Below, piece by piece: positions 49,250 through 57,933 of a stretch of DNA of 64,000 bases. Below the pieces are notes generated by a model, which was not told the origin of the DNA, searched no databases, and saw only the letters and a list, made by a program, of their open reading frames with translations. The position numbers and the translations under genes are program-made. The stretch's first letter is position 1; each line of letters begins with the position of its first letter. Source of the stretch: an uncultured virus (IMG/VR IMGVR_UViG_3300002307_000047) (Duplodnaviria > Heunggongvirae > Uroviricota > Caudoviricetes); the IMG/VR virus record IMGVR_UViG_3300002307_000047, positions 1 to 64,000 of that record; one strand, given 5' to 3'.

Positions 49250-50005
49250 ATGAAGAAATTACTAGTCTTGTTTCTCATTTTATCGGCTACGGCGCAGGCG
49301 CAATTTATAGCTAACAGTACAGCATCGTCTACTCTCGTNGGGATTGGTATAGCATACCCNCAGGCAAATTTGGACGTTTATGGTACAGTCCATTCTTNGG
49401 GAGCACTCCAACTGAATAATTACAGAAATAAAGAGGGAGCACAAATAGGTTTTTTAAATGCCATTGATAGCACTCAATTTGCAGCATGTTTATACTATAC
49501 GTGGGATACCTCCATACACATACTAGGCGGCTACTGTGCTAAGTTTATGGTAGCTCAGGATACTCAAGATTACAATGACCANACATGCGCTATAATGGCT
49601 GCGGGAGATCAATATGGGAATGAATGCTTAAACTCTTTATGTGGTGAGACAAAAAAAATGATTTTAAGTTTACCCGGCTTCCAACATTACTCCTACTCCT
49701 ATCAAGACACATCATTTTGGTCTATTGGTAGCCAAAGAGTGGGGGTTGACACCGCGCCTGTATCAATCATAAGCTTAGACCTGCTTAATCAAAAATTTCG
49801 CATAACNGATGGAAGCCAGTCTGAAGGCTATGTCCTCACCTCAGATTCTAACGGTGTAGCTTCATGGAGGGCACCCACACCAAGCGGCGCAACAGGCTCA
49901 GAACCTATTTCCCCNATACTCGGTCAATTCTACATGGATACCACGCTNACTAAGATGAAGTTTTGGAACGGTACAGTTTGGGCTGTAATCACTTCAACAC
50001 CTTAA
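49250..50005 (+). CDS. fibre/adhesin-like paralogue with Sec signal peptide
   Basis: MKKLLVLFLILSATAQA|Q; shares a domain of about 140 aa with the upstream gene. Confidence 0.7.
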   Translation: MKKLLVLFLILSATAQAQFIANSTASSTLXGIGIAYXQANLDVYGTVHSXGALQLNNYRNKEGAQIGFLNAIDSTQFAACLYYTWDTSIHILGGYCAKFMVAQDTQDYNDXTCAIMAAGDQYGNECLNSLCGETKKMILSLPGFQHYSYSYQDTSFWSIGSQRVGVDTAPVSIISLDLLNQKFRIXDGSQSEGYVLTSDSNGVASWRAPTPSGATGSEPISXILGQFYMDTTXTKMKFWNGTVWAVITSTP

Positions 50006-50007
50006 CA

Positions 50008-50319
50008 ATGGCAGAGACAACAGCAGTAACCAATACGAAAGACGCATCTACCACACGCAGCATCCTCGCATATATCTGCGTAGTAGCGGGTATGGCTTAC
50101 CTATTTGCTATCACATTCATGCCGATCAGCAAGGACAACATTCAGTTTGCCCAAGCAGGTTTAGGATTTGTCATGGGTACAATTGTAGCGGGTGTAGTCG
50201 GCTACTATTTCGGATCAAGCCAGTCTAGCGCGGACAAGAACGAACTGCTAAAAAAGCCATCTGTGGATGCTTCGACAAATACTACTACGACTACTGAGAT
50301 CACTACCGATCCGAAATAA
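50008..50319 (+). CDS. holin-like protein with two transmembrane helices
   Basis: Two hydrophobic helices followed by YYFGSSQSS; start corrected to ATG 50008. Confidence 0.65.
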   Translation: MAETTAVTNTKDASTTRSILAYICVVAGMAYLFAITFMPISKDNIQFAQAGLGFVMGTIVAGVVGYYFGSSQSSADKNELLKKPSVDASTNTTTTTEITTDPK

Positions 50320-50359
50320 TTAGTATCTTTATTTTGGTAACAGCATAAAATCCCCTCAT

Positions 50360-50581
50360 ATGCCACTATCTATCCAAGAGAAGACAACAGACCCCGCTAC
50401 CACTGTGTACGCCGCGTCTAATACCTCAGACACGAATACTTACCTTGATGATCCGGGTACGGGNTCAACCTCCTACACTATCAAATACGGTGAATCTGTG
50501 GATGTCGATATATACTATGTGACTAATGGAGCAGGCAAAAGGACGGTAGTCGGAACTCNCCCTCATGGATCNGGCCATTAG
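50360..50581 (+). CDS. small hypothetical protein
   Basis: 73-aa ORF. Confidence 0.5.
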   Translation: MPLSIQEKTTDPATTVYAASNTSDTNTYLDDPGTXSTSYTIKYGESVDVDIYYVTNGAGKRTVVGTXPHGXGH

Positions 50582-50930
50582 ACACTCTCAAATTATTGGG
50601 TGGATATTCATATTCGCTGCGTACTTGGTAAATACAAGCGGAGGACCTATTGGTGACGATGTTACAACCGCCAGATATTTTCTGCTACTCGCGCTCGGCT
50701 TTGTATTTCTTTCAGCATCACAACTGAAAAGACAACCTAAATGGCTATTCAGATCAATATTTGAGTGCTGTATATGGAATGTTTGTGACGAGCTAATGCA
50801 CAGGGCTTGCATCCTTGATTGGTGGGAGATTATAGGGGCTGTTATCACCTTCGGCGGGAACTTCATTTTCCAGTATAAGGACTCAATCAAAAGGTATATT
50901 ATATACTCTAAGTCGTTTCGGAAGGACTAA
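50565..50930 (+). CDS. multi-pass membrane protein
   Basis: Three to four hydrophobic segments. Confidence 0.55.
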   Translation: MDXAIRHSQIIGWIFIFAAYLVNTSGGPIGDDVTTARYFLLLALGFVFLSASQLKRQPKWLFRSIFECCIWNVCDELMHRACILDWWEIIGAVITFGGNFIFQYKDSIKRYIIYSKSFRKD

Positions 50931-51951
50931 GGTACGATAATATATGCGCGATTACATCTATCGTCCACCCGTCCCCCAAAAGACAAGCAGCATTTTTTCT
51001 TGATAATGATTTTGTATATCCTTCTGGCACCGTCTGTAGGCGTTCTAATTCTACCTGAGTCAAATACCGAATATTGCCCTTTTCAGCAAATACAATTAGC
51101 CTATCAGAAAAAGAAGTTAAACAAGGTGCTTTGCCCATATCTGCGAATACTCTATTTTGCATGTAAGGCTGAACTCCGTTTGACTCCTTGCTTGGATTTA
51201 ACTGATTAACCTTGCTCTTATCAGAAAATTCATATGCAACTTTCATTTGGTTGTATATGCTTTCATCCTTAAAAACCACGGTAGTAAATCCCGTAGAATG
51301 ATACCTGTGAAACATCTTTAATTGGTTGCGAAGTGGGCGGCTATCTGATTCTAAAAGTGCGCGGCTCTTTTCTCTATCAGTGAAGCCATCCTCCAAAATA
51401 TCTTTTAGGCATATTTTTTTATCTACAGGTTGAGGTATTGCGCTTTTTATTCCACCAAATAAATCAATGTGTTGTGGGCCTATATTTGTCCAATAAAGCC
51501 TATCTCTCAATTGAGCAGAAACTAGGCAACTATTTATTCTTACTGGCTCTACTCCCATATACCGTGAAATGATATAGTAGTCTTCATCATTCATAATTAC
51601 ATTTTCAAGAAGGAATTTTATGTTTGGGTTCACCTCCCGTAATTCTTTTAGTATCCTCAAGTAATGAAAGAACAACCCACTTTTTACCCCATCTAACCCA
51701 TTCCTTGTTGCGTTACCCCTGCTAAAGTCTTGGCAAGGTGAACCACCTATTAATAGGTCAATGCGAGGCAACTGGTGTGCTGTTATCTTTGTAACATCTC
51801 CCACCTGAATCGTATGTGGGTAATTCTCCATTGTGGTGCTTATTGCGTGGGGTTTAATTTCCGATGCAAAATAATTATCGTATTTTATCCCACACCGATT
51901 TAAAGCGATTTGCCCACAGCTCATTCCATCAAAAAGCGATAGTACATTCAT
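50908..51951 (-). CDS. orphan phage DNA (cytosine-5) methyltransferase
   Basis: LSLFDGMSCG, GGSPCQDFS, LLENV, QLRDRLYW, ERLQTVP, LGDGWT; own promoter box at 52051-52058. Confidence 0.92.
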   Translation of the reverse strand: MNVLSLFDGMSCGQIALNRCGIKYDNYFASEIKPHAISTTMENYPHTIQVGDVTKITAHQLPRIDLLIGGSPCQDFSRGNATRNGLDGVKSGLFFHYLRILKELREVNPNIKFLLENVIMNDEDYYIISRYMGVEPVRINSCLVSAQLRDRLYWTNIGPQHIDLFGGIKSAIPQPVDKKICLKDILEDGFTDREKSRALLESDSRPLRNQLKMFHRYHSTGFTTVVFKDESIYNQMKVAYEFSDKSKVNQLNPSKESNGVQPYMQNRVFADMGKAPCLTSFSDRLIVFAEKGNIRYLTQVELERLQTVPEGYTKSLSRKNAACLLGDGWTIDVIAHILSYLSPSETT

Positions 51952-52105
51952 ATTAAAAGAAATCCCCGTTCCTACTAAGTGCTATCAGACACCTTTCGAG
52001 AACGAGGAATTTTAAGTTGAAATATTTTTGGATGCTGATAGACATCGGAACAAATATAGTTATTTTATCAGAAATTATGCCTAAATTTGTCAAAACATAG
52101 AGCCG

Positions 52106-52447
52106 ATGGAATTGGTGTGGTTTATTAAACTTGGATTGACTTTTTTAGGAAGTTTAATAATAGGATTAGTAGCAATTTTTTTACCTGACTGGTCTAAGGA
52201 CGAAATAAGCAGATATATACATGAGCATCTATACTATTTCACCTGCGGTTCGACCGTAACGGGAACAGTAATAGCATCAGGCACAGTCAATCCCGCGTTT
52301 GCCGGGTGGTGGGATTTGATAGTACGGTTTGTGATATTGAGCAGTCAGGTAATGATAACTGTGACGATCACATTCTTTCTTACTAAATTGCTAAAGAAAC
52401 TTTTCCCTGATCCGATTATTATTGACAAATCAGTACCTAAAAAATAA
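52106..52447 (+). CDS. membrane protein, holin candidate
   Basis: Two to three TM helices directly upstream of the endolysin; TAAATTTG box at 52082-52089. Confidence 0.55.
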   Translation: MELVWFIKLGLTFLGSLIIGLVAIFLPDWSKDEISRYIHEHLYYFTCGSTVTGTVIASGTVNPAFAGWWDLIVRFVILSSQVMITVTITFFLTKLLKKLFPDPIIIDKSVPKK

Positions 52448-52449
52448 AC

Positions 52450-52980
52450 ATGCTCACACCCGAACAAATAGAATCCATAGCACTATACGCAAGCAAGTCA
52501 AAGGTAGAACTATATACACCGATGATTAACGCTACGATGGAGAGATACGAGATCAATACACCGCTTAGACAGGCACATTTTCTCGCACAGATAATCCACG
52601 AGTCGGGATCATTCAACTACACCACAGAATTAGCGTCAGGCGAGGCATATGAGGGCAGAAAAGACCTTGGCAACACTCAGGCAGGGGACGGCGTTAAATT
52701 CAAGGGCAGGGGCTTTATTCAGCTTACAGGAAGGGCTAACTATGCGGCATACGGCAATGCAATAAATGAGGATTTGATTATTAACCCTGAGTATGTAGCA
52801 ACTCAATTCCCCGCTGATGTTTCGGGGTGGTTTTGGCATACACATTCGCTGAATGCCTTGGCTGATGCTGATAACGTTTTAGCGGTGACCAAAGTCATTA
52901 ACGGCGGCACAAATGGACTGACCGAAAGAACTTACTATCTGAACAGAGCTAAGAATGTTTTAATAAATCAAACAGCATAA
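52450..52980 (+). CDS. endolysin, glycoside hydrolase family 19
   Basis: RQAHFLAQIIHES, FKGRGFIQLTGRANY, VTKVINGGTNGL. Confidence 0.95.
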   Translation: MLTPEQIESIALYASKSKVELYTPMINATMERYEINTPLRQAHFLAQIIHESGSFNYTTELASGEAYEGRKDLGNTQAGDGVKFKGRGFIQLTGRANYAAYGNAINEDLIINPEYVATQFPADVSGWFWHTHSLNALADADNVLAVTKVINGGTNGLTERTYYLNRAKNVLINQTA

Positions 52981-53029
52981 AAAAGAACATCGGGATGAAT
53001 CATTTTGAAGAATGGGAAGAATATAAGAA

Positions 53030-53425
53030 ATGGAAGGCACTGACGAAGTAAAGAAGCCTCGTAAGATGCGCCCACAGCTATATGCGGTCTACTATGATAG
53101 TCTGCATAAGATAGCTAAAGAGATGGGCTACAATCTCCTGATACACGGCTCAATGAATCGNGATATGGACTTAGTGGCTGTGCCATGGGTNAATGAGCCA
53201 AAGTCACATTTGGAGCTTTTAAATGCTTTGTCTGATTTCCTAGGTACTGTGAAGTNTGCGGAGAATCCTGAAAACTTNGGTCAATTCTATATGCACTCCA
53301 AACTACCCGGAGGTAGAGATTCATATGTAATCAATTTGAATAGAGGTAGGCATCACAATGGGTATTTCATGGAGGATGAAGACGCGCAATATTACATTGA
53401 CATATCAATAACTCCACTAGCATGA
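53030..53425 (+). CDS. hypothetical protein with nucleotidyltransferase-like GS...DxD motif
   Basis: LIHGSMNRDMDLVAVPW and a distal YIDIS. Confidence 0.45.
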   Translation: MEGTDEVKKPRKMRPQLYAVYYDSLHKIAKEMGYNLLIHGSMNXDMDLVAVPWXNEPKSHLELLNALSDFLGTVKXAENPENXGQFYMHSKLPGGRDSYVINLNRGRHHNGYFMEDEDAQYYIDISITPLA

Positions 53426-53589
53426 CCCCGATCCCCTACCCAACATCAATGAGCACACCGCTACTGCAAGTCTGCGGGATACTTCTGTTCGCTGTGGCAA
53501 TTGCAGGTAGCTATGTTTTTGCCTGCTACATCATTGAGTCTGTGAGCAAGCATGATTTGACTGATAAAAATAAGACAGATGAAGCGTAA
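53422..53589 (+). CDS. small single-TM protein (55 aa)
   Basis: LLQVCGILLFAVAIAGSYVFACYII; ATGA overlap. Confidence 0.45.
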   Translation: MTPIPYPTSMSTPLLQVCGILLFAVAIAGSYVFACYIIESVSKHDLTDKNKTDEA

Positions 53590-53677
53590 AACTGCTTTGT
53601 GGTTTCTATTGGCGGTAACGGTAGTATTCCTATTCGCAACGATAGTGTTGCCGATTATATCAATGATAAAAATTTAA
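53579..53677 (+). CDS. 32-aa membrane peptide
   Basis: MKRKTALWFLLAVTVVFLFATIVLPIISMIKI; stop abuts the next ATG. Confidence 0.45.
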   Translation: MKRKTALWFLLAVTVVFLFATIVLPIISMIKI

Positions 53678-54040
53678 ATGGCAGACGCAATCCCTACCGA
53701 TCCAATCAGCGCAGACATATCGGCGGTAACTGCTGCGTGGGATGCTACCTTGGCGTTCATTTCCGGTGTAATGCCACCTACTCAATCAAGAATAGACAGA
53801 CTAAAGATTACCCACCTCGCACTATATCAGCGCGTCCGTCTGAGGATGGAAAATAAACTGTACAATGCCATATGCAAAGAAACTAAGCCGCCAGTAACGT
53901 CAGGGTACATTGTGAGCTACGTTCTTTATGCAGACAATGATTTAGTCGGTTCGGAACAGGACGCGCTCATAAGGGTTCTTTTCGCTCGTTTTGGCCTTGA
54001 TGAGAGCTGGCCTCCACTTTCGGTAATCACACCGAAATAA
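53678..54040 (+). CDS. hypothetical protein
   Basis: 120-aa ORF. Confidence 0.55.
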   Translation: MADAIPTDPISADISAVTAAWDATLAFISGVMPPTQSRIDRLKITHLALYQRVRLRMENKLYNAICKETKPPVTSGYIVSYVLYADNDLVGSEQDALIRVLFARFGLDESWPPLSVITPK

Positions 54041-54082
54041 CTTATCTTTGAAATTCTTAATTAACAATAAAATCAAAACAGT

Positions 54083-54460
54083 ATGAATCAATTCGTTTCA
54101 AACATCGTATCAGCGGGAACAGGCGCAATCACAGAAGGTCTTGCCCTTGATCCTAACATCAAGCAGGAGGACTTTAACGCGGCAATCGACCTCGGCATCG
54201 CTCAACTCCAAGCCGCAAAGGATCAATTCGGCTCAACATCAACAGACAGCGAGGTAGTGAAGATCGAAAAGCTCGTAGGATACGGCCTGACAGGCGCGCA
54301 GAACGCATGTGATGCGGCTGGTCTGACTAAGTACGACAACATCTTCGCTGTGGCTGAAAAGATAGATTTGGAGCTTGAAACGGGATCATTCAACTTCATC
54401 ACAGCCATAAAGAACTGGATCGAAGCTAAGAAGGCTGCAAAAGAAGCGACTGCGGCTTAA
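54083..54460 (+). CDS. amphipathic helical protein with its own promoter and terminator
   Basis: TATCTTTG box at 54043-54050; terminator downstream. Confidence 0.65.
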   Translation: MNQFVSNIVSAGTGAITEGLALDPNIKQEDFNAAIDLGIAQLQAAKDQFGSTSTDSEVVKIEKLVGYGLTGAQNACDAAGLTKYDNIFAVAEKIDLELETGSFNFITAIKNWIEAKKAAKEATAA

Positions 54461-54478
54461 TCAACTTTTATGTGTGAG

Positions 54479-54506
54479 GCTCTGTCGGGAATGGCAGAGC
54501 TTTTTT
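54479..54506 (+). terminator. intrinsic terminator at the junction of convergent operons
   Basis: GCTCTGTC-GGGAAT-GGCAGAGC-TTTTTT. Confidence 0.75.
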
Positions 54507-54759
54507 ATTTCTTTAAGTCTCGTATCCAATCCTCAAATGAATCAATTCCCCTAGTGGTGTACATGGCTATTGCACAGTTTCCAAACTGCTCAACAAGCCC
54601 ATCTTCATCTATTTTACTGTCAGGCACATGTTCTAAATACTCTTTTTTGAATCTAGCAAACGTGTAGCCTGAATCATGCAGATTTTTACGCATCTTATTC
54701 ATCAGCGCATGAGCCTCATCTTGCTCATCTTCGTCAAACCAGTCTTCTACGAATCCCAT
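54505..54759 (-). CDS. hypothetical protein
   Basis: 84-aa acidic ORF. Confidence 0.55.
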   Translation of the reverse strand: MGFVEDWFDEDEQDEAHALMNKMRKNLHDSGYTFARFKKEYLEHVPDSKIDEDGLVEQFGNCAIAMYTTRGIDSFEDWIRDLKK

Positions 54760-54770
54760 TGTTTATGATT

Positions 54771-55148
54771 TTATTTGAGCTCTATTATTTCAAAAATCTG
54801 TTCATCTAATATCCCCGTTCCGTCAGGGTGGGGGTCATGCACCATTTTGCCATTTAAATAAATAACCACATGATTAACGCTTGGGAACCGTGGCGATGCG
54901 CCACCAACTAATATATATTTGTCAGCCACATTGTCGCCATCATTTAATGTTCTCCATATATACCCGCGTTCACCTAGCCAAGAATTAAGTATGGTATCCC
55001 AATTTTCATCATCGTAATATTCTTGTATTTGAATTACATCCTCTACCTCCATTTCTAGTATGGACGCAATACATGCAGGGAAACAATTCCCCCTAGCAGA
55101 TACAGGACTCATCCCGCTATGTAGGCGTGTTTGTTTTTGTGGTTTCAT
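54771..55148 (-). CDS. papain-fold (C39-like) peptidase candidate
   Basis: GNCFPACIASIL...HVVIY...VHDP gives a Cys-His-Asp triad; probable start MKPQKQ. Confidence 0.55.
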   Translation of the reverse strand: MKPQKQTRLHSGMSPVSARGNCFPACIASILEMEVEDVIQIQEYYDDENWDTILNSWLGERGYIWRTLNDGDNVADKYILVGGASPRFPSVNHVVIYLNGKMVHDPHPDGTGILDEQIFEIIELK

Positions 55149-55201
55149 TTGATTTATTTGCCCCTGCCGGGGAAACGATCCCCAGCGAGTACCATACAGG
55201 G

Positions 55202-55453
55202 TTATTTCCAAGTAAGAGCCTTTACTGCCCACATCTGTGCGCCCTGAAGCTCGGTAATTGCAACAGATGCCAGTCTTTTTACCTCTGGGTCTGTGCTGCT
55301 GTTTCGCAGATCATTCATTTGGTCGATAGCATCCGCGAGGGTCTGCTTTGCCTTGTGAATAGCATCTTCGCCACTTGGGTTGAAATTGATGCCTACCGCC
55401 TTTTGACCGAAAGTTGGATCTTTGTCGCTTGGTGCTAATTTTGCCTCATCCAT
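55202..55453 (-). CDS. Acb2/Tad1-like helical-hairpin protein, candidate nucleotide-signal sponge
   Basis: VGINFNPSG...KRLASVAITELQGAQMWAVKALT resembles the Tad1/Acb2 C-terminal helix as recalled. Confidence 0.55.
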   Translation of the reverse strand: MDEAKLAPSDKDPTFGQKAVGINFNPSGEDAIHKAKQTLADAIDQMNDLRNSSTDPEVKRLASVAITELQGAQMWAVKALTWK

Positions 55454-55494
55454 TTTTATAGTCGGTTTAACTCAGAGCCGATGTGATTAAAAGT

Positions 55495-55638
55495 TTATTG
55501 AAGTAGTAATATCAGATCGTAAACAATCACCAACGTAGCCCCGACATGCCACAGCAAGAACAGCAGCCAAATGTACCAGTCGCCAAGGTCGATGTCGTGG
55601 TAGCCGATGTAGATTAGGCCGATTAGGGGGAGCATCAT
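55495..55638 (-). CDS. small membrane protein (47 aa)
   Basis: MMLPLIGLIYIG...WYIWLLFLLWHVGATLVIVYDLILLLQ; overlaps the upstream stop. Confidence 0.4.
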   Translation of the reverse strand: MMLPLIGLIYIGYHDIDLGDWYIWLLFLLWHVGATLVIVYDLILLLQ

Positions 55639-55943
55639 TTTGATTTATATTTTGGATTCTTGTGAAAATAATGCTGATCGTCTGCCCAACTATCTACGGA
55701 ATTAAATTCATTTGCATTATAAACACCATAGTTATTGCCATGTGGCATATCACTAGGAGTATCGTTATATGCTGATATTTTGGCTTTGTCATACGCGCCT
55801 ATTGTCCCATAGTTATTATAGAACTCAATGTTTAGGCTCTCGCATAGTTTGTATGCTTTTACCAATTTATTGAATGCCTTTTGTTGTTTGGGATTCAAAT
55901 CTAAAAGGTCTTGCAATTCGTCTTTTCCTTCCGTATTATTCAT
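55635..55943 (-). CDS. hypothetical protein
   Basis: 102-aa ORF. Confidence 0.6.
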   Translation of the reverse strand: MNNTEGKDELQDLLDLNPKQQKAFNKLVKAYKLCESLNIEFYNNYGTIGAYDKAKISAYNDTPSDMPHGNNYGVYNANEFNSVDSWADDQHYFHKNPKYKSK

Positions 55944-56207
55944 ATAAATGGGTTAATTATTGATTCAGGAATAGCCTCCAACGCCACCATAGCGATCTCA
56001 TACAGTTCATCGCGTAGCTTGTCTGTGGGGTGGAGCTTGTACTCGGAATAAAGGGTTTTGAATTGGTCGGTCATATAGCATTCAGTTTTATCCTGCATAA
56101 TCTGTTATAGGCCAAAGATAGCTTGCCCGATGGAGTTTTGTTATAATTAGAAATGCCCTTGGCGCGGTAATGGCGCAGTATCACTTTTATATCTCTTGAT
56201 TTTTTGG

Positions 56208-56522
56208 TCATGGCTTGTAATTTTCGATGCTCTTAATGTTCCCAAGGTGAATGATGATGTCGCCCTTAGCAATGGCTACGCACAAGGTATTTGAGTATGA
56301 TTTTGAAAAATCTGATTCGCTCACCTCATGGCGCAAATATACGCATGTGAATCTCGGTCTGCTAGCTCCGTACCCGTTGGTAAATTCAATCATGTCGCCA
56401 TAGTTTATGCCTTTAAGCCTAGATTTAATCCACTCAGATGGGGTTCTATACTCTTGGCATTTCTCGCCTGTCACCATTACCTCAAATGCTTTCTTGTGCA
56501 GTGTTAACTTTAGTACTTTCAT
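56208..56522 (-). CDS. ASCH/PUA-like domain protein
   Basis: LKLTLHKKAFEVMVTGEKCQEYR...FTNGY. Confidence 0.8.
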   Translation of the reverse strand: MKVLKLTLHKKAFEVMVTGEKCQEYRTPSEWIKSRLKGINYGDMIEFTNGYGASRPRFTCVYLRHEVSESDFSKSYSNTLCVAIAKGDIIIHLGNIKSIENYKP

Positions 56523-56752
56523 GGCTTCTTATTTTTGTCGTAGTGAATCGGGTTTGAGCAGTTACCTTTGTGAGTAAGTGTTACACCTTGCGGTGTATGC
56601 AATTCTAAATATTCACAACTATCAATTGTTAACAATAATATGTTGTTTGCAATTGCCTTGGTTTCTATGCTTTTGTCATAATTGTTTTGCAATTGTTCAC
56701 CGCACCCCGCGATCATTACCGCAGCGATGGCGATTTGGAGGAGTTTTTTCAT
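56519..56752 (-). CDS. small lipoprotein
   Basis: Lipobox IAGC after a hydrophobic stretch; IDSCEYL...THKGNC.NPIH. Confidence 0.75.
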   Translation of the reverse strand: MKKLLQIAIAAVMIAGCGEQLQNNYDKSIETKAIANNILLLTIDSCEYLELHTPQGVTLTHKGNCSNPIHYDKNKKP

Positions 56753-56762
56753 GGCTTGATTT

Positions 56763-57137
56763 TTACTGAGTGATTGAATAATGCTCTAGGATGAACTGGC
56801 AGATGGCGAGGCAGTTGGGTACTTCCATCCAAGGCCAGTCTATCATGCCGTTGTAATAAATAAATAATGACATATTCTCATTCATTTCTATCTCTGTATA
56901 TTCATCATTGGCATCTGCGGCATAAAATTCACAATCCATCAGCCTGCATATCTCCTTACAGTGCTCCTCGTTCTCCGCTAGTTCTCGCAGAGGCGGCTTG
57001 GGTGTAGGTAGATACTTATCCGTAAATGCGCTGAATAGTATATCCGCAGCCTCATCTCCAAATTGTTTTCCAAGTGAATTTCGTAAATCGACTAGATGTG
57101 CTTTCATATCGAAAAGGACAATTTCTTTCTCTTTCAT
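56763..57137 (-). CDS. hypothetical protein
   Basis: 124-aa ORF. Confidence 0.6.
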   Translation of the reverse strand: MKEKEIVLFDMKAHLVDLRNSLGKQFGDEAADILFSAFTDKYLPTPKPPLRELAENEEHCKEICRLMDCEFYAADANDEYTEIEMNENMSLFIYYNGMIDWPWMEVPNCLAICQFILEHYSITQ

Positions 57138-57143
57138 TGATTT

Positions 57144-57896
57144 TTATTTTTGAGGGTTAATAGTTGCTGCGGGGAGAGGTGACAATTCCTGCCAATGGGT
57201 TACGTTATAAACAGGATAATAATACCCAAGATCATCATGTTCATGCTGCTCATAATACCACCCNTCNTGTAGATACAGTGCGCCGACCTCAAGATCATTG
57301 AAAACATAACTTGGCAAATCATCATCCTGATCTTCAAATTCTATTGCNACAGACTTATGNGGGCACCAAAAGCCTTTAAAATCTTTTTTACCATCAGTAA
57401 ANCGAACATTTTTTCCTGCTTTTGGCATTTTAACTACTATCTCTACCCATTCCTTCTCGCTGCTCTGCTCTCCCTTGTCCTTTAACCTATTGTGCAGGTA
57501 ATCGGTCATTTCACGGAGCATTTCTCCGGTCATTTCAATTCCTAATGAGAAACACATATCATGGACATCTGCAAAGCTTATTTCCTTTTCGCCTCCGTTG
57601 TCCTTTGAGCCTGCGAGGTAGGAGCCTTTTGCTAAAGCATGTATGTACCCACTATGAGATTGACCCATTGGATGTTTTTCCGTGGCAGCTTTCGCATACG
57701 CCTCCGCTCTTTCCTGCAAGGTCTTATCTGAGGCAGCGGATAGGTCTGTAGCTACTGACGGATGATCTGTGCGGTATATGTCAAATAGCTGCGCGTCTGT
57801 GTATGAAGTCTCAGGCTGATCTATATTATTCAACCTGTACTCGTTTTCTTCTTTCCATTTTAGGAATGATAGAACTACTTCTTTTTCGTATTTCAT
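57144..57896 (-). CDS. hypothetical protein with DUF551-like C-terminal domain
   Basis: WVEI..KMP...VTHWQEL..LP. Confidence 0.65.
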   Translation of the reverse strand: MKYEKEVVLSFLKWKEENEYRLNNIDQPETSYTDAQLFDIYRTDHPSVATDLSAASDKTLQERAEAYAKAATEKHPMGQSHSGYIHALAKGSYLAGSKDNGGEKEISFADVHDMCFSLGIEMTGEMLREMTDYLHNRLKDKGEQSSEKEWVEIVVKMPKAGKNVXFTDGKKDFKGFWCXHKSXAIEFEDQDDDLPSYVFNDLEVGALYLXXGWYYEQHEHDDLGYYYPVYNVTHWQELSPLPAATINPQK

Positions 57897-57933
57897 TGTT
57901 TGGTGTTGTTGGTTAGGAAGTCGAGTTGAGTGG

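Noticed and set aside
47744..50005. Diversity-generating retroelement (template/variable repeats)
   Set aside because: No reverse transcriptase in the window; the duplicated domain is diverged at all positions rather than only at adenines; ambiguous bases are mostly synonymous
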